A stretch of 55,888 nt of DNA, from contig JAGOPR010000003.1 in assembly GCA_017991895.1 (NCBI GenBank), forward strand, positions 1 to 55,888. The letters are read 5' to 3'. A program made the translations under genes and the position numbers. Shown in pieces: positions 51,537-55,888 of this stretch (the stretch's first letter is position 1; every line of letters starts with the position of its first letter). The notes beneath the pieces are model-generated. The model was given only the letters and a program-made list of their open reading frames with translations, had not been told where the DNA came from and did not search any database. The stretch is from Minisyncoccota bacterium (GTDB lineage Bacteria; Patescibacteriota; Minisyncoccia; Phycocordibacterales; UBA9973).

Positions 51537-51777
51537 ACTGGGCCTCGGCGAAACATACGCGGGTAATTTTAAAGGCAACCCATAAATTCATGCTTGAATT
51601 TTGGGCACGCTCGGCCCAGTCGGCCTGCGCGAGGCCTTTAAAATTATCCGCCTACGTTTCTAGCCTCGTTGGAACCGCTGATGCAAGAAAGCACATTTTC
51701 CTTACATTTTTTGATTTTTTACTGCTTCCGGATACTTTCTTAAGGCTAGCCCTGAGATACAAGAGTATAAAATATAA

Positions 51778-51808
51778 ATGCCCTAATGGATTATCCAAAA
51801 GGGGCATT
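51778..51808 (-). terminator. Possible terminator of 51873-52475
   Basis: ATGCCC...GGGCAT stem with an inner TGGA-TTA-TCCA. On the minus strand it is followed by TTATATTTT. Confidence 0.4.
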
Positions 51809-51872
51809 GTTGTTGTAATCTTCTTGAAAAACAAATAATCTACTAGCTAACTGACAGAATTGATAGAAAATA

Positions 51873-52475
51873 TTATCTTTCGTACATAAAATCGATAATA
51901 TGATCATCAAGCCCAGTCTCTTCGTCTGGATTGTGGTCTAGCTTAAGGCATAGCACATGATATACAGGCACACCTTGAATTGTAGAGCCTCTCCTTTGGT
52001 ATGGTCGATCAACCATAGAATCAGGAATGTCTGTACAAATTAAATACGAAATTTTCTCAAACAAGTTTGATTTTTCGTAAAAATGACGTAGCCCGCTTGC
52101 GAGCCAATCCATAGCAGTAAACTTCTTTTTTATTCTCTTAGGTTTTCTAAGTTCTATTAATCTGTTTTCAATAAGAAGGAATATTCTTTTCCCGCTATTT
52201 TTTGTAACAGTGTCATAGACCCTCGAAGTTCTAGGAATAACAAAGTTTTCAGAAAAAACATAGCTGGCTTTGTATGGGTGTATTTCCCTATACAACTGTT
52301 CAGAAAATCTGTTCGTTCGAATAGAAAGAGGTAGCGATGACCTTAGTTCCCCATTTTCTTTTTCGATCCCACTATTTTTTTTCTCGTGATAGTTTCTGAG
52401 GATTCTATCGATCCTCGATTCGATGTCGAATTCGGCGCGATTTCTCGGCGCAGTAGCATACTTATTGTTTTCCAT
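51873..52475 (-). CDS. Hypothetical 200-aa protein
   Basis: ORF. The start MENNKYAT at 52475 is preferred, because the longer form reads through a 14-bp inverted repeat. No family recognised. Confidence 0.5.
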   Translation of the reverse strand: MENNKYATAPRNRAEFDIESRIDRILRNYHEKKNSGIEKENGELRSSLPLSIRTNRFSEQLYREIHPYKASYVFSENFVIPRTSRVYDTVTKNSGKRIFLLIENRLIELRKPKRIKKKFTAMDWLASGLRHFYEKSNLFEKISYLICTDIPDSMVDRPYQRRGSTIQGVPVYHVLCLKLDHNPDEETGLDDHIIDFMYER

Positions 52476-52563
52476 ATATAACCCGGATTTTGTTTGAACC
52501 GGCGCCATAAGAACGGCTCGCGCGCTCATGGCGCCAGTTCAAAAACAGGGAACATGTAAACGA

Positions 52564-52607
52564 ACAGATAGGCTTATATTATAGCATAATATAAGCCTAT
52601 CTGTCAA
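52564..52607 (-). promoter_or_regulatory. Consensus promoter (TTGACA-N18-TATAAT, extended TGC) embedded in a perfect 19-bp-arm palindrome
   Basis: ACAGATAGGCTTATATTAT-AGC-ATAATATAAGCCTATCTGT (52564-52604). -35 at 52602-52607 and -10 at 52578-52583 on the minus strand. Confidence 0.6.
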
Positions 52608-52624
52608 GTCATTTTAATGCCTAT

Positions 52625-53959
52625 TTATAAGGCTAGTTTGGCTATTTCTATGAGTTCTTGAGTGTGCTCTAAAGTTTTAGATTCTGCGATTATACGCAAT
52701 ACTGGCTCAGTATTTGATGGGCGGATATGAACCCACGAGCGGTCGGGGAAGTCGAGACGGAGTCCGTCTAAAGTATTTGCTTCGGCCCCTTGGAATGAGG
52801 TTTTGATTTTTGTATATATTTCTTCAATGTTTCCGCTGAACGCGACTTTTTCTTTTTTCATTATGTATTGAGGTAGGGTGGCAATTATTTCAGATAGGGG
52901 TTTGTTTTCGTTCGCCATGAGTTCGAGAATTAGCGCAATACCTACATAACTATCGCGAGCCATGTTTGCAGTAGGCCAAATCACTCCACCACCGCCTTCA
53001 CCACCTATTACCACAGTACTTTCGGATTTCATTTTTTCTACAACATTGGCTTCACCTACTTTCGAGCGAAATGTTTTCCCTCCAAATTCTGTTGCAATAT
53101 CAGAAGACATGTTTGATGTGGAAAGATTGATTACAATATCGCCTGCATTTTTCCTCATGACGGCTTTCACGCAGAGCGCGAGCATTGTTTCTTCAGATGG
53201 GATATTCCCATTCTCGTCGCAGATAACAAGACGGTCACCGTCAGGATCTTGAGCGAATCCAACGTGGGCTTTTACATCACGTACGAGTGTTTGTAGAGAG
53301 GTGAGATTTTTTGGCAGTGGCTCAGGCTCGTGAGCAAAAATTCCTGTCGGGTCACCATTTATTAGCGCGTAGCTTACCCCGAGTTTTTCAAAAAGTTCAG
53401 GAGTGGTCGTACAACCAACGCTGTTTATTGGGTCGAGAATCGCTTTAAAATGCTTTGCTCGAATTTTTTCGACATCAATGTTTTTTAGAACTGACTCGAG
53501 ATATTTTTCAAATAAATGTGAGCCATCCTTACGATGAGATGGGCGAGTGGTTTTTGTTTTTTCAGATTTTCGTAGCGACTCTATCTCCGCGACTTCAGAT
53601 TCGGTTGTAAATGCTCCACTTTCTGTAACAAACTTTAGACCGTTGTATTCAATAGGGTTGTGCGAAGCGGTGATGATGACCGCCCCATCTGCTTTCTCAT
53701 TTCGAATAAGAAATGGGACGACTGGAGTTGCCATCATGCCGAGGTCAATGACATCGAGTCCATTTTCTAAGATTTCATCGACAGCAACCTCAAGGAGTGC
53801 TCGCCCAGATTCGCGCCCATCTCGCGCGACATAGACTACTTCTCCACCACGACTTTTAATTAACATGGCAAAAGCCCCGATATATTCACGGGCAATTTCC
53901 TCTGTTAAGGTTGTGCCCCATATACCTCGATATCCTGATACTGTAAGCTTAGGTTTCAT
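52625..53959 (-). CDS. Phosphoglucosamine/phosphohexose mutase (alpha-D-phosphohexomutase family, GlmM-like)
   Basis: ITASHNPIEYNGLKF active-site Ser loop, GFAQDPDGDRL metal loop, and GGEGGGG sugar loop. Confidence 0.85.
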   Translation of the reverse strand: MKPKLTVSGYRGIWGTTLTEEIAREYIGAFAMLIKSRGGEVVYVARDGRESGRALLEVAVDEILENGLDVIDLGMMATPVVPFLIRNEKADGAVIITASHNPIEYNGLKFVTESGAFTTESEVAEIESLRKSEKTKTTRPSHRKDGSHLFEKYLESVLKNIDVEKIRAKHFKAILDPINSVGCTTTPELFEKLGVSYALINGDPTGIFAHEPEPLPKNLTSLQTLVRDVKAHVGFAQDPDGDRLVICDENGNIPSEETMLALCVKAVMRKNAGDIVINLSTSNMSSDIATEFGGKTFRSKVGEANVVEKMKSESTVVIGGEGGGGVIWPTANMARDSYVGIALILELMANENKPLSEIIATLPQYIMKKEKVAFSGNIEEIYTKIKTSFQGAEANTLDGLRLDFPDRSWVHIRPSNTEPVLRIIAESKTLEHTQELIEIAKLAL

Positions 53960-54004
53960 ATTTATGTATTTCTAATATACTATGTTCTAAGATACTAAAC
54001 TACT

Positions 54005-54448
54005 ATGAGTAATTATCTGGACAATCCAAAAGCACGTTTTGATTATGAAATCCTCGAGCGTTTTGACGCGGGGATTGAGCTTTTGGGTTACGAGGTGAAG
54101 TCTGTTCGAGCAGGACACGGCTCTCTTACTGGCGCTCACGTTATCGTCCGAGGCGGGGAAGTCTTTATTGTCGGCTTACGAATAGATCCATATCAGGTGG
54201 GAAATACTCCTCCAGACTACCAAGCAGATCAAACTAGGAAACTTCTTCTTACAAAGAAAGAAATTTACCAGCTTGAGGAATCTGATTCGAAGAAAGGTTT
54301 GACGTTGATACCACTTTCGTTGTACAATAAAGGAGGCAAGATTAAGGTCAATTTTGCAATAGCTCGCGGTAAAAAGAAATTTGATAAACGTGAGACTATA
54401 AAAAAGCGAGACACAGACCGAGATATTCGCCGAGAATTGAAACGTTAG
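54005..54448 (+). CDS. smpB: SsrA-binding protein SmpB
   Basis: DNPKARFDYEILERFDAGIELLGYEVKS...and a basic C-terminal tail. Confidence 0.95.
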   Translation: MSNYLDNPKARFDYEILERFDAGIELLGYEVKSVRAGHGSLTGAHVIVRGGEVFIVGLRIDPYQVGNTPPDYQADQTRKLLLTKKEIYQLEESDSKKGLTLIPLSLYNKGGKIKVNFAIARGKKKFDKRETIKKRDTDRDIRRELKR

Positions 54449-54465
54449 TTTCATTAAGAATTGAA

Positions 54466-54505
54466 TTTAAGCTAAAAAGCTTTACAGCTTTGACGCTTGA
54501 AAGCT
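54466..54505 (+). repeat. Five phased 8-mers ending in (A/C)GCT, ending 6 nt before the tmRNA 5' end
   Basis: TTTAAGCT AAAAAGCT TTACAGCT TTGACGCT TGAAAGCT. Confidence 0.9.
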
Positions 54506-54511
54506 TCCTAC

Positions 54512-54910
54512 GGGGATGAAATGAATAGACAAGAGGTTTCATTTCACGCACGCATGCCGAGTATGGAAACAATCTCGTAAAACTTTTTCCAATTCCCAAA
54601 TGCAATCGCATCTGGAAAATCAATTACTTCTCCGTATTTTGCGCAGAAGGACTTTGATTTCGCGTTCGCCTAAACAGGCCCGCGCGATGTCTTAACTGCC
54701 GATTCCTAATACGTAGTTAGGGCATAATAAACTTAGGATAGGGGACAGAGTTGCTTCACTTTGAACCCAAAACCCACGAAGCTCGGAGTAAATGTGTTTT
54801 GTTGATTTCAAAGCATTTATTCTTAAATCCGCAAGGAATCAAAATTAACTAAGCATGTAGAAGTTCATGGAATCACTTTTTGCACGGCGGTTCGCTACCG
54901 CCCATCTCCA
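54512..54910 (+). ncRNA. ssrA: tmRNA (SsrA)
   Basis: The 5' GGGGATG pairs with the 3' CATCTCC, including a G3:U pair. T-arm GGCGG-TTCGCTA-CCGCC and conserved CTAAGCATGTAG are present. The tag frame runs from GCA at 54602 to TAA at 54671-54673 (...AQKDFDFAFA). The gene lies next to smpB. CCA is not encoded. Confidence 0.9.
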
Positions 54911-54950
54911 CACAAAAGAAAAACACCCAATCGGGTGTTTTTCTTTTGTG
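54911..54950. terminator. Bidirectional terminator after ssrA
   Basis: CACAAAAGAAAAACACCC-AATC-GGGTGTTTTTCTTTTGTG. The helix continues into the tmRNA acceptor strand. Confidence 0.8.
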
Positions 54951-54996
54951 TGGAGATGGAGCGAGACACTTGAGTGTCTCGCGGGCGGTAGCGAAC
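54951..54996. repeat. Inverted copy of the last ~23 nt of ssrA, split by a 23-nt hairpin
   Basis: TGGAGATGG (54951-54959) and GGGCGGTAGCGAAC (54983-54996) are reverse complements of CCATCTCCA and GTTCGCTACCGCCC. The insert is AGCGAGACACTTGAGTGTCTCGC. Confidence 0.9.
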
Positions 54997-55129
54997 GGGC
55001 GCAGGCTTAATTTTTCAGCAGAAAAATTGCCGAGCCGGGGTCGCGACCGAGCCTTCTGACGAGAAGGCGAGAGTTGTGACTCACACCGCGAATCCCAGAT
55101 TCTACCCCTATAAATAAGGCTAGAATCAC

Positions 55130-55159
55130 TTGACAAATAGGCATGTAATATGCTATAAT
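55130..55159 (+). promoter_or_regulatory. Consensus promoter (TTGACA-N18-TATAAT, extended TGC) for 55273-55551
   Basis: It lies within a module of about 78 nt that is homologous to the minus-strand module at 52555-52633. Confidence 0.6.
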
Positions 55160-55272
55160 ACTAGAATAGTTGTTCCTTTACACAGCGTGTTATTGATCGA
55201 GGATTATTCCCACTTGTGGCTTTATGGCCATTGATGGGAATAATCCAAATCAATTAACTAAAATAGGCAAGT

Positions 55273-55551
55273 ATGAAAAATGTAACGCACACCATTCTTC
55301 TTCTCAATTCACTTGGGCAGAGAATTGAATCAGATAAAGCAATGAGTTTTGTTAAACTGGGCCACCTCGTGGCTAGTAAAGCAAATCGTGAACTTAAAGT
55401 TGACCATACTATTTCTGGCAACGATTTGCTAACGGTAACATTTTCTAATGTAAAAAATGCATACGTTGAAGCAACCGCTAACGTTGAATCAATGATGCAG
55501 GTTCTTATGATCCCAAAGAAAAACTTGGATATTAAGATGCTCCCAAATTAG
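55273..55551 (+). CDS. Hypothetical 92-aa protein
   Basis: An ORF with a strong promoter, a 12-bp-stem 5' UTR hairpin (55201-55246) and a terminator. No family recognised. Confidence 0.5.
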   Translation: MKNVTHTILLLNSLGQRIESDKAMSFVKLGHLVASKANRELKVDHTISGNDLLTVTFSNVKNAYVEATANVESMMQVLMIPKKNLDIKMLPN

Positions 55552-55590
55552 AAAGCAGAAAACTACTGTTTAAAAGTTATATTTAATTTT

Positions 55591-55621
55591 AACCCGCACA
55601 CATCGTGCGGGTTAATTTTTT
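55591..55621 (+). terminator. Intrinsic terminator
   Basis: AACCCGCAC-ACATC-GTGCGGGTT followed by AATTTTTT. Confidence 0.75.
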
Positions 55622-55640
55622 AGGACTTTCAAAATTACAA

Positions 55641-55662
55641 GTGCGCGGGTATACCCGCGCAC
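55641..55662. repeat. Perfect 22-nt palindrome
   Basis: GTGCGCGGGTA|TACCCGCGCAC. Its core is related to the hairpin at 24542-24563. Confidence 0.9.
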
Positions 55663-55762
55663 CAAATTTAATGAGGCACCTTCGGTGCGGGACGAAGTTC
55701 TTTCATTAAAATTGGTGTTCGGGTATAATGCGCGAGCAATTAGTTTTTTAATTTTTAAAAAT

Positions 55763-55888
55763 ATGCCCCCACTTAACAACAAAAACCAGAAGAATAACGA
55801 CAAGGCGCCACAAGGAGTTCCTCCTGTAAAAGCTCCTCAGTTTGCTCGCCATATCGCTATGGCCGTGCTTATTTTCATGCTCATTTCG
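55763..55888 (+). CDS. 5' part of a membrane protein gene that runs off the window; identity unknown (FtsH-like N-terminus is only a guess)
   Basis: MPPLNNKNQKNNDKAPQGVPPVKAPQFARHIAMAVLIFMLIS is open to the window end. TATAAT lies at 55724-55729. Confidence 0.4.
   Translation, partial: MPPLNNKNQKNNDKAPQGVPPVKAPQFARHIAMAVLIFMLIS

Noticed and set aside
51590-51838. ORFs 51590-51838 (+) and 51652-51834 (-) between infC and the 200-aa orphan gene.
   Set aside because: They overlap each other and the nested inverted repeats. No coding features are present, and RNA or DNA structure explains them better.
54951-55108. A functional second tmRNA or a tRNA on the minus strand.
   Set aside because: - The acceptor pairing is only 5 of 7.
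- The T-stem 5' strand (GCCCG) cannot pair with CCGCC.
- No anticodon arm or tag ORF can be drawn, and the length is only about 160 nt.

I kept it as a finding, as a relic or novel sRNA candidate, but not as an annotated tRNA or tmRNA.
54396-55136. Minus-strand ORFs 54396-54623 and 54873-55136.
   Set aside because: They overlap the tmRNA gene, its terminator and the GC-rich hairpin region. RNA-gene features explain the sequence.
1-55888. CRISPR arrays.
   Set aside because: The only tandem repeats have 7-14-nt units with no unique spacers between them. I saw no repeats of 24-40 nt alternating with spacers and no cas genes.
1-55888. Alternative genetic code (for example UGA recoding, as in some CPR lineages).
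   Set aside because: All conserved genes are full-length under the standard bacterial code. TGA is used as an apparent stop (for example at 20895-20897). No conserved gene is broken by in-frame TGA or TAG.

Overview
This is an AT-rich bacterial window. I infer a Patescibacteria/CPR-type genome from three things: rpsE and rplO are 4 nt apart with no L30 gene, there are almost no Shine-Dalgarno sites, and cmk and pyrH are archaeal-type.

Gene content from left to right:
- 5'-truncated pilB, pilC and four prepilin-like genes; the last is about 600 aa.
- tpiA-pgk, a HIT gene, recJ, RNase HI with an extra C-terminal domain, comEC, SOD and a PLD-family gene.
- A 1046-aa surface protein, rpmB, and an M50 protease paired with a 601-aa membrane protein carrying a Pro15 tract.
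- The str-S10-spc ribosomal super-operon, rpsL through rplO-secY-adk-map.
- ndk, a beta-CASP hydrolase, infC-rpmI-rplT, a GlmM-like mutase, smpB-ssrA, and two small unknown genes.

Main observations:
1. The ribosomal super-operon is cut at four normally contiguous junctions (rpsG|fusA, fusA|tuf, rplB|rpsS, rplE|rpsZ) by terminator-cargo-promoter insertions. Two of them reuse a near-identical terminator and a near-identical restart promoter.
2. Many spacers are phased 7-8 nt tandem arrays, often arranged as inverted pairs, that end a few nt before start codons and 6 nt before the tmRNA 5' end.
3. Starts of transcription units show a -10 box 6-8 nt upstream of the ATG, which suggests leaderless mRNAs. 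Internal genes use TAA-N2-5-ATG coupling.
4. One 811-aa gene fuses a PP-loop domain to MurD; I propose it is a MurL-like epimerase fusion.
5. The 3' end of ssrA is duplicated in inverted orientation next to a GC-rich region with a tmRNA-like 5' end on the opposite strand. The whole segment is flanked by outward-facing homologous promoter modules of about 78 nt.
6. A 191-nt element bounded by 21-bp inverted repeats lies between secY and adk.

Everything was read by eye. No searches or computations were run.
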